The position numbers and the translations under genes are program-made. This document shows positions 33,909-42,996 of a stretch of 64,000 nucleotides of DNA, in pieces. The stretch covers positions 129,698-193,697 of the forward strand of contig WRCD01000001.1 in NCBI GenBank assembly GCA_009784185.1, read 5' to 3'. A model generated the notes under the pieces. That model worked only from the letters and a program-made list of their open reading frames with translations. It ran no database searches and was not told where the DNA came from. Each line of letters opens with the position of its first letter. Position 1 is the first letter of the stretch. This stretch comes from Bacillota bacterium (GTDB taxonomy: Bacteria; Bacillota; Clostridia; Christensenellales; UBA1242).

Positions 33909-36164
33909 GTGTGTTTTGAAGTGGGCATAATTTTAAAGTATCTCAAAAAGTTTTGGCCGGCATTAGTTATATGTCTGGTATTGTTGTTTGGTCAGGCCAT
34001 GTGCGACCTTTTTTTGCCTAATTACATGGGGCAGATTGTAAATGTGGGTATTCAGCAAGGCGGAATAGAAAGAAGCACGCCTGAGGCGCTTAGTGAGGAC
34101 GGCTACGATTTTTTATCTGAATTTATGACGGCAGAACAAAAGCTTGTGACGGCGGACAATTACACGCTGGTGTTAAGCGGTATGGAAACCGCGGAGCAGC
34201 TTGATAAATATCCTGCCTTAAGCAATAAAAATGTTTATGTGTTAAACACGGTGTTAACCATATCCGAAACCGAACTGGATGTTATGTTTGGGCAGGCGTG
34301 TTTTACATTTGTGCTGTGGCTGCAAAGTACGGAGTTTGCAGATTTTCTTGTGTTTAACGGTTTTGAGCTGCCCGAAACCGGCGGCTCGGCTGTATTGGAT
34401 ATAGCCGAGATGTATGGTCCGATGATGGGGTTAATTACCTTATATAAAATGCAAACTGCCGGCTTTGGGCAGTTTCAGGCGGCGGCCGGCAACATAGACG
34501 CTGTTATGCTTAACACGACCGGTGCAAGCTTTACAAAGATGCTGTATCGGGAGCTGGGTATTGATGTAGGGGCAATTCAGACCAACTACATTTTGCTGAA
34601 AGGACTGGTTATGCTGCTTATCAGCCTTGCGGGCGGGGCTGCAAGCATATTGGTCGGATTCTTTTCAAGCAGGCTGGCTGCGGGTTTTGCCAAAAAACTC
34701 AGAGCCGATTTGTTTACAAAAGTGCAGAGTTTTGGCAATGCCGAATTTGACAAGTTTAGCACAGCAAGCTTAATTACCCGCACCACAAACGATATTACTC
34801 AGATACAGTTTGCGCTGGTGCTGGGGGTGAGGTTTTTATTATATGCACCGGTGCTTGGAATAGGGGCCATAATAATGGCGCTCAGTAAATCGATTGGTAT
34901 GGGATGGATAGTGGCCGTTGCGCTAGGAGCACTGCTGATACTTATGGCAGGGCTTTTGCTTATAGCACTGCCAAAGTTTAAAATAATGCAAAAGCTTGTA
35001 GACAAAGTTAATCTGGTAGCAAGAGAGAACTTAAGCGGCTTACTTGTAGTACGTGCATTCAGCACTCAGCCAAGAGAAGCCGGCAGATTTGAAGACGCCA
35101 ACTATAATCTGACCAAAACCATGCGGTTTACTCAGCGCACAATGGCACTTTTTATGCCTGCGCTAATGCTTTTAATGAACCTGCTTGCAGTAGTTACAAT
35201 CTGGGTGGGAGCACATCAGGTAGCGGCAAGCAGTATTCAGGTTGGAGACATGATGGCGTTTATGCAATATGCAATGCTGGTTGTTATGGCGTTTATTATG
35301 GTGGCGGCAATATTTATTATGATACCGCGGGCACTGGTCAGCAGCAAGCGTATTGCCGAAGTGTTGAATACGCCGCTCAGCGTAATTGACCCGGCAGAGC
35401 CCGTAAGCTTTGATAACAGTAAAACAGGCGTGGTTGAGTTTAAAGGTGTGGGTTTCAGGTATTCCGGAGCGGAATCGGAGGTTTTGTCTGATATAAGTTT
35501 TGTGGCGGAGCGCGGCAAAACAACAGCAGTTGTTGGCGGAACAGGTTCGGGCAAGTCCACTTTAATAAACCTGATACCGCGCTTTTATGATGTTACGGCA
35601 GGGCAAGTGCTGGTAAACGGTGTGGATGTACGCAAAGTGCTTCAGCATGATTTGCGCAACAGCATTGGTTATGTGCCTCAAAAAGGGATGCTGCTTTCAG
35701 GAACGGTTGAGTCTAATTTAAAATACGGAAGAACGGATGCCGGCAACGAAATTGTTGATACGGCACTTGAAATTGCTCAGGGTGCGGAGTTTGTAAACAA
35801 GCTGCCTCACAAAACAGAAGCACCTGTTGCGGCCGGAGGCACAAATTTTTCGGGCGGGCAGAAGCAGCGTCTGTCAATTGCCAGAGCGCTTGTGAAGGAG
35901 GCTCCGATTTATATATTTGATGATAGTTTTTCGGCGCTGGATTACAAAACCGATGCGGCACTTAGAGAGGCATTAGCAGAAAATGCAAAGGGCAGCACTG
36001 TTATTATTGTGGCACAAAGAGTGGCTACAATCAGAAATGCCGACCAGATTATTGTGCTGGATAAGGGTAAGCTAGTGGGCAAGGGCACACACAAGCAGCT
36101 TATTAAAAACTGCAGCGTATACAAAGAAATTGCACTGTCACAGTTAAATAAGGAGGAGTTGTAA
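33909..36164 (+). CDS. ABC exporter, fused permease/ATPase (heterodimer partner 1) with a long extracytoplasmic loop after TM1
   Basis: Six-TM ABC_membrane region plus an NBD (Walker A GGTGSGKST, signature FSGGQKQR, Walker B IYIFDDSFS). About 170 aa are inserted between TM1 and TM2. The start is GTG at 33909 or 33921. Confidence 0.85.
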   Translation: MCFEVGIILKYLKKFWPALVICLVLLFGQAMCDLFLPNYMGQIVNVGIQQGGIERSTPEALSEDGYDFLSEFMTAEQKLVTADNYTLVLSGMETAEQLDKYPALSNKNVYVLNTVLTISETELDVMFGQACFTFVLWLQSTEFADFLVFNGFELPETGGSAVLDIAEMYGPMMGLITLYKMQTAGFGQFQAAAGNIDAVMLNTTGASFTKMLYRELGIDVGAIQTNYILLKGLVMLLISLAGGAASILVGFFSSRLAAGFAKKLRADLFTKVQSFGNAEFDKFSTASLITRTTNDITQIQFALVLGVRFLLYAPVLGIGAIIMALSKSIGMGWIVAVALGALLILMAGLLLIALPKFKIMQKLVDKVNLVARENLSGLLVVRAFSTQPREAGRFEDANYNLTKTMRFTQRTMALFMPALMLLMNLLAVVTIWVGAHQVAASSIQVGDMMAFMQYAMLVVMAFIMVAAIFIMIPRALVSSKRIAEVLNTPLSVIDPAEPVSFDNSKTGVVEFKGVGFRYSGAESEVLSDISFVAERGKTTAVVGGTGSGKSTLINLIPRFYDVTAGQVLVNGVDVRKVLQHDLRNSIGYVPQKGMLLSGTVESNLKYGRTDAGNEIVDTALEIAQGAEFVNKLPHKTEAPVAAGGTNFSGGQKQRLSIARALVKEAPIYIFDDSFSALDYKTDAALREALAENAKGSTVIIVAQRVATIRNADQIIVLDKGKLVGKGTHKQLIKNCSVYKEIALSQLNKEEL

Positions 36165-38000
36165 ATGAGTAAAGCTCCTCAGAGACCGGGCGGCAGAGCC
36201 CCAAACACCGGCGAAAAGCCGAAAGATTTTAAAGGCACTGCTAAAAAGCTGATAAAAATACTGGGCGAATATAAGTTTACGCTTATGATAGTATTTTCGT
36301 TTGCCGTGCTGTCTACCGTATTTGCAATAGTTGGACCTAAAATTCTGGGAATGGCCACAACCCGGCTGTTTGAAGATATAATGGGCATGATAGCGGGAAC
36401 TGCAACCGGCATAGACTTTGGCTATATCGGGCAGATTATTTTAATTTTAATCGGGCTGTATATTGTAAGCGCAACGTTTTCGTATATCCAGGGTTACCTA
36501 ATGGCTGGTGTAGCTATGAAAATAACACACAAATTACGTGAGCGCATATTTGATAAGATTCACAAATTGCCCATAGGGTATTATGATAAAAAAAGCCATG
36601 GAGATGTGCTAAGCCACCTGACTAACGATGTGGATGCCGTAAGCCAGAGTTTGAGCAACAGCATAACTCAGATAATAACCAGTGTAACCATGCTTTTGGG
36701 TATCACGATTATGATGTTTACAATCAGTTGGGAAATTACCCTGGTTACATTGGCTACGCTTCCAATTTCGTTTCTGATACTGGCATTTATAATGAAGCGC
36801 AGCCAGAAGCATTTTGTAGCGCAACAAAAACATCTTGGGCTTGTTAACGGGCTTGTAGAAGAGATGTACGGCAACCATACGCTGGTAAAGGCGTTTAACG
36901 GGCAGGCTCAGGCCAGGCAGGAGTTTGACGAGAAAAACAATGTACTGTACAAATCCGCGTGGAAAAGTCAGTTCTTTACCGGGCTAATGATGCCGATTAT
37001 GCTTTTTATAGGTAACATCAGTTATGTAATAGTCTGTATTATGGGCGGCAGTTTTGCGGCAGCCGGCAGGATTGCGGTTGGAGATATTCAGGCGTTTATA
37101 CAATACGTTCAGCAATTTCATCAGCCGGTGGCGCAGGTTGCCAATATCGGAAATGTGCTTCAGCAGACGCTGGCGGCAAGTGAGCGCGTGTTTACCTTTT
37201 TAGAGGAAAAAGACGAGAGCGTTGAAACAGCCGAAAGCAAAAAGCCCGAAAAGCTTTCAGGTGGAGTTGAGTTCAGGCAGGTTAAATTCGGCTATACGCC
37301 GGACAAAGAAATAATACATAACTTTTCCGTTAAAGTTAAGCCCGGGCAGAAGGTAGCAATAGTCGGTCCTACAGGCGCCGGCAAAACTACTCTTGTAAAA
37401 CTGCTTATGAGATTTTACGATATAAACAGCGGTGAGATACTGGTTGACGGTGTTAACATAAACGACTATAAACGAAACGATTTGCGGGCAAACTTTGGCA
37501 TGGTGCTGCAGGATGCGTGGCTGTATAACGACACGATTTGTAACAACATAAAGTACGGCAGACCCGATGCCGATAAAGAAATGGTGCTTGCGGCCAGTGC
37601 GGCCGCTCAGAGCGACCATTTTATACGAACCTTACCGGACGGATACAATATGATACTTAATGAAGAAAGCAGCAACGTAAGCGCAGGTGAGCGGCAGTTG
37701 CTAACAATTGCACGCGCGCTGATTACCGACCCAAAGATTATGATATTGGATGAAGCCACAAGCAGCGTTGATACCAGAACCGAACTGTTAATTCAGAAAG
37801 CTATGGATAATCTTATAAAGAACCGCACCAGCTTTATAATAGCTCACCGGCTTAGCACAATCCGCAACGCAGATGTAATATTAGTGCTTAATGAAGGTGA
37901 TATAGTTGAGCAGGGCACACATGATGAACTTTTAGCAAAAGGCGGATTTTACGCCGAGTTATACAACAGTCAGTTTAAACATGGAATAATAGAAGAGTAA
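36165..38000 (+). CDS. ABC exporter, fused permease/ATPase (heterodimer partner 2)
   Basis: Walker A GPTGAGKTT, signature VSAGERQ, Walker B IMILDEATSS. It directly abuts the previous gene. Confidence 0.88.
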   Translation: MSKAPQRPGGRAPNTGEKPKDFKGTAKKLIKILGEYKFTLMIVFSFAVLSTVFAIVGPKILGMATTRLFEDIMGMIAGTATGIDFGYIGQIILILIGLYIVSATFSYIQGYLMAGVAMKITHKLRERIFDKIHKLPIGYYDKKSHGDVLSHLTNDVDAVSQSLSNSITQIITSVTMLLGITIMMFTISWEITLVTLATLPISFLILAFIMKRSQKHFVAQQKHLGLVNGLVEEMYGNHTLVKAFNGQAQARQEFDEKNNVLYKSAWKSQFFTGLMMPIMLFIGNISYVIVCIMGGSFAAAGRIAVGDIQAFIQYVQQFHQPVAQVANIGNVLQQTLAASERVFTFLEEKDESVETAESKKPEKLSGGVEFRQVKFGYTPDKEIIHNFSVKVKPGQKVAIVGPTGAGKTTLVKLLMRFYDINSGEILVDGVNINDYKRNDLRANFGMVLQDAWLYNDTICNNIKYGRPDADKEMVLAASAAAQSDHFIRTLPDGYNMILNEESSNVSAGERQLLTIARALITDPKIMILDEATSSVDTRTELLIQKAMDNLIKNRTSFIIAHRLSTIRNADVILVLNEGDIVEQGTHDELLAKGGFYAELYNSQFKHGIIEE

Positions 38001-38006
38001 AAAAAC

Positions 38007-38033
38007 AAAACCACGGGTAATCCGTGGTTTTTT
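38007..38033. terminator. Bidirectional hairpin terminator between convergent genes
   Basis: AAAACCACGG-gtaat-CCGTGGTTTTTT, between the stops at 38000 (+) and 38042 (-). Confidence 0.8.
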
Positions 38034-38041
38034 GTGCGGTG

Positions 38042-40537
38042 TTAAGCCTTAATGTTTGGTTGCTGCGGCAAATTTGGCGGGGCTTCGTTTCTGGTATGCA
38101 TTGGTTTTTTAAATACCAGATACAGGAAGCTGAACTGAACCATTATGATTGTAAACAATATTGCGGGCTGTCCAAGCGGGACGTATCCAAAGAAGTCCTG
38201 CGGTATGCTGAGCAGTGCTATTGTACAGCCCAGTGCCATTGAGCAGAATAATATTCCGCGGAACATATCCAGCGGCCTGCAGATTGCAAGCAGCATTATG
38301 AGGCCGGTAAACGCAACCGCGTAACTGCCCATGGTTTCGTACTGCCACCCGGTGCCAAGATAAATATCAAACAGGAAACAACCGAGGAAGGCTAAGAAGA
38401 ATATTGCTCCGCCGGGCAGGGCATTTTTAAAGATGGTTGCTAAAAACTTTCCTTTAATAGGAACGCTGCTTGGCTGGAGAGCTAAGAAGAAGCTTGGTAT
38501 TCCGATTGCAAAAATTTCTAACAGCATTAAGTGGTTTGGCGCAAACGGAAAGCTTATACCACGGTCGCCCGAGAACTGAGATATAATTACAAAACCTACA
38601 AGCGACATAATAAATATGGTTTTCATTAAGAACAGTGATGATGATTTGGTAATGTTGTTTACAACCCGCCGGCCCTCTGCAACAACGCTAGGTAAGGATT
38701 GAAAGTTGCTGTCCATTAATACCAGGTGGCTGACGTTTCTTGCTGCTTCACTTCCGCTTGCCATGGCTATGCTGCAGTCGGCGTCTTTAAGAGCCAAAAT
38801 GTCGTTTACTCCGTCGCCCGTCATGGCTACCTTGTAGTTGCTTGCTTTAAGCGCGCGCACCAGCACCGCTTTCTGTTCCGGACTGACCCGGCCGAACACA
38901 GTATACTTATCTGCTGCATCAATTACCTGCTGGTCTGAGAGGCCCGCAAGGCTGATATATTTATCGGCATCCGGAACTCCGCACCTCCGGCTTACTTCGC
39001 TTACGGTTATCGGGTTGTCACCAGATATTATTCGCACTTTAACATCGTTGCCCACAAACCACTTAATTGTAGCGGGGGCGTCTTCTCTTATGTGGTCTTG
39101 AATAACAATCAGCGCAACCGGTTTCATGCTGGCCGGCAGTTTTTCGCCCGATATTGCGGCGGCCGAATGCGTAACCAGCAATACTCTTTGCCCCTGTGCA
39201 CTATACTCTTTTACCAGCTTGTTTATTGCAATATCGTCTTCCTTAAGCAAAAAGTCCGGTGCCCCAAATGCGTAGGTGCCTGCTTCCTTAAGAGTTACGG
39301 CGCTGTATTTTCTTTCACTGCTGAACGGTATTTTTTTTGTTGCAGGGTATCTTGTATTTACGCCAAAATGAAGTTCAAGCGCCTGAGAGGTTTGATTTTT
39401 ATTGTCCAGTGCTTTAAGAATGCTTCCAAAAACAGTTTTAAACTTTTCCTCGTTGTAGCTGTTGTTTAATTTTACTACGCTGGTTACCTTCATTGTGCCG
39501 TCTGTTAGCGTACCGGTTTTATCAAGGCAAAGCATATTAACACGTGCCAGCATTTCAATTCCGTACAAGTCCTGAACGTAAGCGCGCTTGTTGGCAAGCT
39601 TAACCGCTCCAACCGCCAGGGCTACGCTGGTAAGTAAGAACATTCCCGCAGGTATCATTCCGATTATTGCGCCTGCGGTTTTAACCACAACGTCGCTGGT
39701 GCTTGGTAAAAAGGTGTAGTTAATGTAAAACATTACCACCCCAAGCGGAATAACCAGTGCGCCAATTACTTTAATAATCAGGCGCAAGCTATACATAAGC
39801 TCGGATTTAGCCTTTGCGTACCGCTTGGCTTTTTCGGCTAACGATACCGAGTAGCACGCACTTGCAACTTTCTCAACTCTTGCCACACAGTTTCCGCTGG
39901 ATACAAAGCTGCCGCCGTATAACATATCGCCCGTCTTTTTCTTAATTGCGTTTGGTTCACCGGTAAGCAGGCTTTCGTTTGCCTCCAGCTCGCCGGACAC
40001 AACCACGCAATCGGCGCTTATCTGATTACCATGTGTAAACAACACTATGTCATCTACAACCAGCTGGTTAACTGCCACAACCGTTTTTACGCCGTTTCTG
40101 ATAACCGTGGCGGTTGGTGCAGTGATTAACGAAATTTTGTCTATCTTGCGCTTTGCTCTAAACTCCTGCACAATACCGATAACCATGTTTGAGCATATTA
40201 TAAGTAAAAAGAACAGATTGGCGGCGGCACCCACCGCAATAAGCGCACCTGCCACAAAAAAACACAGCAGGTTAAAAAACGTGCATACGTTTTGGATTAC
40301 TATGCCAAGATATGTCTTTTTATTTTTGTTTACGGTAACATTTACAAAGCCGCCCAAAGTTCTGGCGGAGACCTGCTCATCGTTCAGCCCTATGCCGGGG
40401 TCAGCACTGATTCGTTCCAGTGCGTCCCAGCTCCAGCCTTTTTTGCGGCGCGCGCGCTTGGCGGCTCCTGCAGCCTTGCTGCTAAGGCGCGGTGCCATAA
40501 CCGGCTTAGCCTCTGCAACTACTTTGTTCTCTTCCAC
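38042..40537 (-). CDS. Cation-translocating P-type ATPase (E1-E2, HAD superfamily)
   Basis: TGEP (LLTGEPNAI), the phosphorylation site CLDKTGTLT, MTGDGVNDILALKDAD and about 10 TM segments. Confidence 0.88.
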   Translation of the reverse strand: MEENKVVAEAKPVMAPRLSSKAAGAAKRARRKKGWSWDALERISADPGIGLNDEQVSARTLGGFVNVTVNKNKKTYLGIVIQNVCTFFNLLCFFVAGALIAVGAAANLFFLLIICSNMVIGIVQEFRAKRKIDKISLITAPTATVIRNGVKTVVAVNQLVVDDIVLFTHGNQISADCVVVSGELEANESLLTGEPNAIKKKTGDMLYGGSFVSSGNCVARVEKVASACYSVSLAEKAKRYAKAKSELMYSLRLIIKVIGALVIPLGVVMFYINYTFLPSTSDVVVKTAGAIIGMIPAGMFLLTSVALAVGAVKLANKRAYVQDLYGIEMLARVNMLCLDKTGTLTDGTMKVTSVVKLNNSYNEEKFKTVFGSILKALDNKNQTSQALELHFGVNTRYPATKKIPFSSERKYSAVTLKEAGTYAFGAPDFLLKEDDIAINKLVKEYSAQGQRVLLVTHSAAAISGEKLPASMKPVALIVIQDHIREDAPATIKWFVGNDVKVRIISGDNPITVSEVSRRCGVPDADKYISLAGLSDQQVIDAADKYTVFGRVSPEQKAVLVRALKASNYKVAMTGDGVNDILALKDADCSIAMASGSEAARNVSHLVLMDSNFQSLPSVVAEGRRVVNNITKSSSLFLMKTIFIMSLVGFVIISQFSGDRGISFPFAPNHLMLLEIFAIGIPSFFLALQPSSVPIKGKFLATIFKNALPGGAIFFLAFLGCFLFDIYLGTGWQYETMGSYAVAFTGLIMLLAICRPLDMFRGILFCSMALGCTIALLSIPQDFFGYVPLGQPAILFTIIMVQFSFLYLVFKKPMHTRNEAPPNLPQQPNIKA

Positions 40538-40714
40538 TGGTATTCCCTTTTCAAGTAATAAGCAATTATATCATATTGTACCAACCCGCCGCAAACAAAT
40601 GCGACAAGCACATATTAAGAAAGTATTGAATTTTTACAAGCCAGGTGTTGATAAACTAACTTAAACATAGAGAAAATTAGCCACAGAATTCTTCTTTTAA
40701 CCTAGTAAAATCTA

Positions 40715-40745
40715 TTGACTTTTTGGCAGGGGGGGGGGGTATACT
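40715..40745 (+). promoter_or_regulatory. Sigma-70-type promoter with a G11 tract in a 19-bp spacer
   Basis: TTGACT (40715-40720), 19 bp containing G11 (40729-40739), then TATACT (40740-40745). The methyltransferase start lies 18-24 nt downstream. Confidence 0.65.
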
Positions 40746-40762
40746 GGTTAGAAGATTGGAGA

Positions 40763-41851
40763 ATGTTTGTGGAAAAACAAAGGAAAGTGGTAACGAAAAT
40801 CAAATATGAAAGTGGCAAGGTTACTCCTCTTGGCACAGAGCCAAATGATGAATGCTATACTGCAATGCAGGATATTGTAAACGAGTTAGCACAATATGGA
40901 CATGATGGCCGGTTTAGGGGCAAGGACATTATATGTCCGTGTGATTGGGATATTTTAGAAGATGAGGAAGTCTACTCACTTCGTGTTGATTTTGACGAAG
41001 ACATCCATGCGCACACTAACGATGTTAAACTAATTAGTTATGAGAAGCAAAATGGTGCGTTACATAATGTCAGAGTTGAGAAAGAGGAAATAGACAAGTT
41101 TTTAAGAGAAAGAACCAGGTGTAACTTTCTACGAACCCTGATTGAGAACGCAAACACATGGGGAATAAAAAGTGTGTCTGTAAGTGGCTATAATCCGGCA
41201 ACAGGAAAAGGTAAAAAGTTTCAGGATGTTGATTATTCACAATATGATATTTGTATCACCAATCCGCCATTTTCGCGGTATGCCGAATTTATTGAAACCT
41301 TAGTAAAAACTGAAATTGACTTCATAATTCTTGCTCCATTCCTAAACAGGGTAAATCCTTGTGTTGGTATTCCATTATTACTAAAACAATGCTACCTTGG
41401 ATACGGAAGAAAATTAAGAATGAATTTTTTCAACCCCACGATTGACAATGAATACAACACAAAACTAGTTGCTTGTGATTGGATAACAACATTCTATGAC
41501 GCACAGGAGGCGGTAGACAAATCAAGATTGTTAAACGGTATCAAGTACGAGGACTATGAAGACGAGTATATGGTAATGGAAAACATGACAATGAAGGATG
41601 GCACTCATCCAATAAGAGTGAACAACTTTAGAGCAATTCCGGACGACTACTATGGATGGATGTTCTGCTCCATAGGAGTGCTTGATATATTGAGCAACGA
41701 AGAATTTGAATGGTACGGCACAGGGTTCAAGGGCTATTTAAATACAAACAGGCACATCAGTCCGTTTGAGCACAGAGCTTCAAATGAAATGGTGTCAAAT
41801 GCAAACACCAAAGGGTTTCACGGTGTAGTGATAAGACGAAGGAGAATATGA
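40763..41851 (+). CDS. N6-adenine DNA methyltransferase, EcoRI-methylase-like family
   Basis: NDECYTAMQDIVNEL...FRGKDIICPCDWD and DICITNPPFSRYAEFIETLVK...DFIILAP. NPPF is motif IV of amino-methyltransferases, and the layout matches my recollection of the PF13651 family. The start is ATG 40763 or GTG 40769 (GGAG at 40758). Confidence 0.65.
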   Translation: MFVEKQRKVVTKIKYESGKVTPLGTEPNDECYTAMQDIVNELAQYGHDGRFRGKDIICPCDWDILEDEEVYSLRVDFDEDIHAHTNDVKLISYEKQNGALHNVRVEKEEIDKFLRERTRCNFLRTLIENANTWGIKSVSVSGYNPATGKGKKFQDVDYSQYDICITNPPFSRYAEFIETLVKTEIDFIILAPFLNRVNPCVGIPLLLKQCYLGYGRKLRMNFFNPTIDNEYNTKLVACDWITTFYDAQEAVDKSRLLNGIKYEDYEDEYMVMENMTMKDGTHPIRVNNFRAIPDDYYGWMFCSIGVLDILSNEEFEWYGTGFKGYLNTNRHISPFEHRASNEMVSNANTKGFHGVVIRRRRI

Positions 41852-42963
41852 AAATGAAGCTAACGGTAAAGGCAATAATTGAAATGCTTGAAAGCGGCAA
41901 ATTGCAAACTGAGCAAACAACGCAAAGGCAATTCATTTATAACTCTATAACTAAAAAATTAGAAGATGGAGAAATTACAAAGGCCGGCAATGTTTTAAAA
42001 TCAATATTGCAGTATAAAATTCAATTGCCTGCACTATATTTTTGGGAGCGAGACGGCAAGTATAATGTTCATGATGGCAAGCAAAGAATTTTAAGCATCC
42101 GTTATTTTGTTAAGCCGACAAGAGAGATTAATGTTATAACAAGAATAAATGGCAGAGAAGCCAGCTATATAAGTCTGTCGGAAGAACAAAGGAAGGAGCT
42201 GCTAGAGTATGAGTTTGATATCGTTGTTGCGGCCGGCGAACAGGAGAAAGAAGAAACAACGTTTGATTTGATAAACACGAACGCTGTGCCACTAACAGAA
42301 TACGAAAGTTTGCGCGGTATGTTTTACGGCACATTTTTATACGAGTTTGAGCAATATATAGAATCCAAATCTAAAGTTGTTGATGCTGTAAAAGGTGTAG
42401 GCAGAGGCGAGCAGGCAAAACTGTTCTTGTATAACTGTTTTGAGTTGTTGGGGGAAAAAGTAGCAGACAGGAAAATTAGGACACTGCTGAGACATGTTAG
42501 AAATTCATCGTTTGATGCAAAGACATACAAGATGGAAGAAACAATAGCAGTGTTTAGTGAAGTGTCAAAAATATTAGGTGTTAGTGACGAGAAGGCACTG
42601 GGCGTTGCTGCCTTTATAGTTGGAAAGGGATACGACAAGGACATGGTCTGTGATTATTTTAGGCGAATAGTACGCAAAAAAAATGACGTAAAAAGCTGGG
42701 ATGTATATGAGCACTTTAGGGTTGCCATAAACAATTTAATAAACAACAATATTGAGTGCGACGGCAAAAGGAAATTTGCATCGGAAGATAAAGATGTTTT
42801 ATATGGAAGGTCGCAAAAATGTGCGGGCTTAAACTGTAAAGAAACAAATTACAAAAAGCTGGAAGTTGACCACATAAAGAAATGGAGTGAAGGTGGCCCA
42901 ACGGTGCTGGACAATGCTAGACTTCTCTGCAAGTCGTGCAATGCAAGTGAAAAATATAATTAA
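41848..42963 (+). CDS. DUF262 (ParB-like NTPase, DGQQR motif) fused to a C-terminal HNH nuclease
   Basis: TTQRQF...LPALYFWERDGKYNVHDGKQRILSIRYF...TFDLINTNAVPLTEYE is the DUF262 pattern. The C-terminus CAGLNC...LEVDHIKKWSEGGPTVLDNARLLCKSCN is a Cys4 HNH. The ATG overlaps the methyltransferase TGA (ATGA). Confidence 0.7.
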   Translation: MKMKLTVKAIIEMLESGKLQTEQTTQRQFIYNSITKKLEDGEITKAGNVLKSILQYKIQLPALYFWERDGKYNVHDGKQRILSIRYFVKPTREINVITRINGREASYISLSEEQRKELLEYEFDIVVAAGEQEKEETTFDLINTNAVPLTEYESLRGMFYGTFLYEFEQYIESKSKVVDAVKGVGRGEQAKLFLYNCFELLGEKVADRKIRTLLRHVRNSSFDAKTYKMEETIAVFSEVSKILGVSDEKALGVAAFIVGKGYDKDMVCDYFRRIVRKKNDVKSWDVYEHFRVAINNLINNNIECDGKRKFASEDKDVLYGRSQKCAGLNCKETNYKKLEVDHIKKWSEGGPTVLDNARLLCKSCNASEKYN

Positions 42964-42964
42964 C

Positions 42965-42993
42965 AAAAAGCAGCTGGTTAATAGCTGCTTTTT
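42965..42993. terminator. Bidirectional hairpin terminator
   Basis: AAAAAGCAGCT-ggttaat-AGCTGCTTTTT, between the stops at 42963 (+) and 42997 (-). Confidence 0.8.
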
Positions 42994-42996
42994 AAT

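Noticed and set aside
40047-40664. The 205-aa plus-strand ORF, and other plus-strand ORFs, inside the P-type ATPase gene.
   Set aside because: They are antisense to a gene with all the P-type ATPase signature motifs. They are shadow ORFs.
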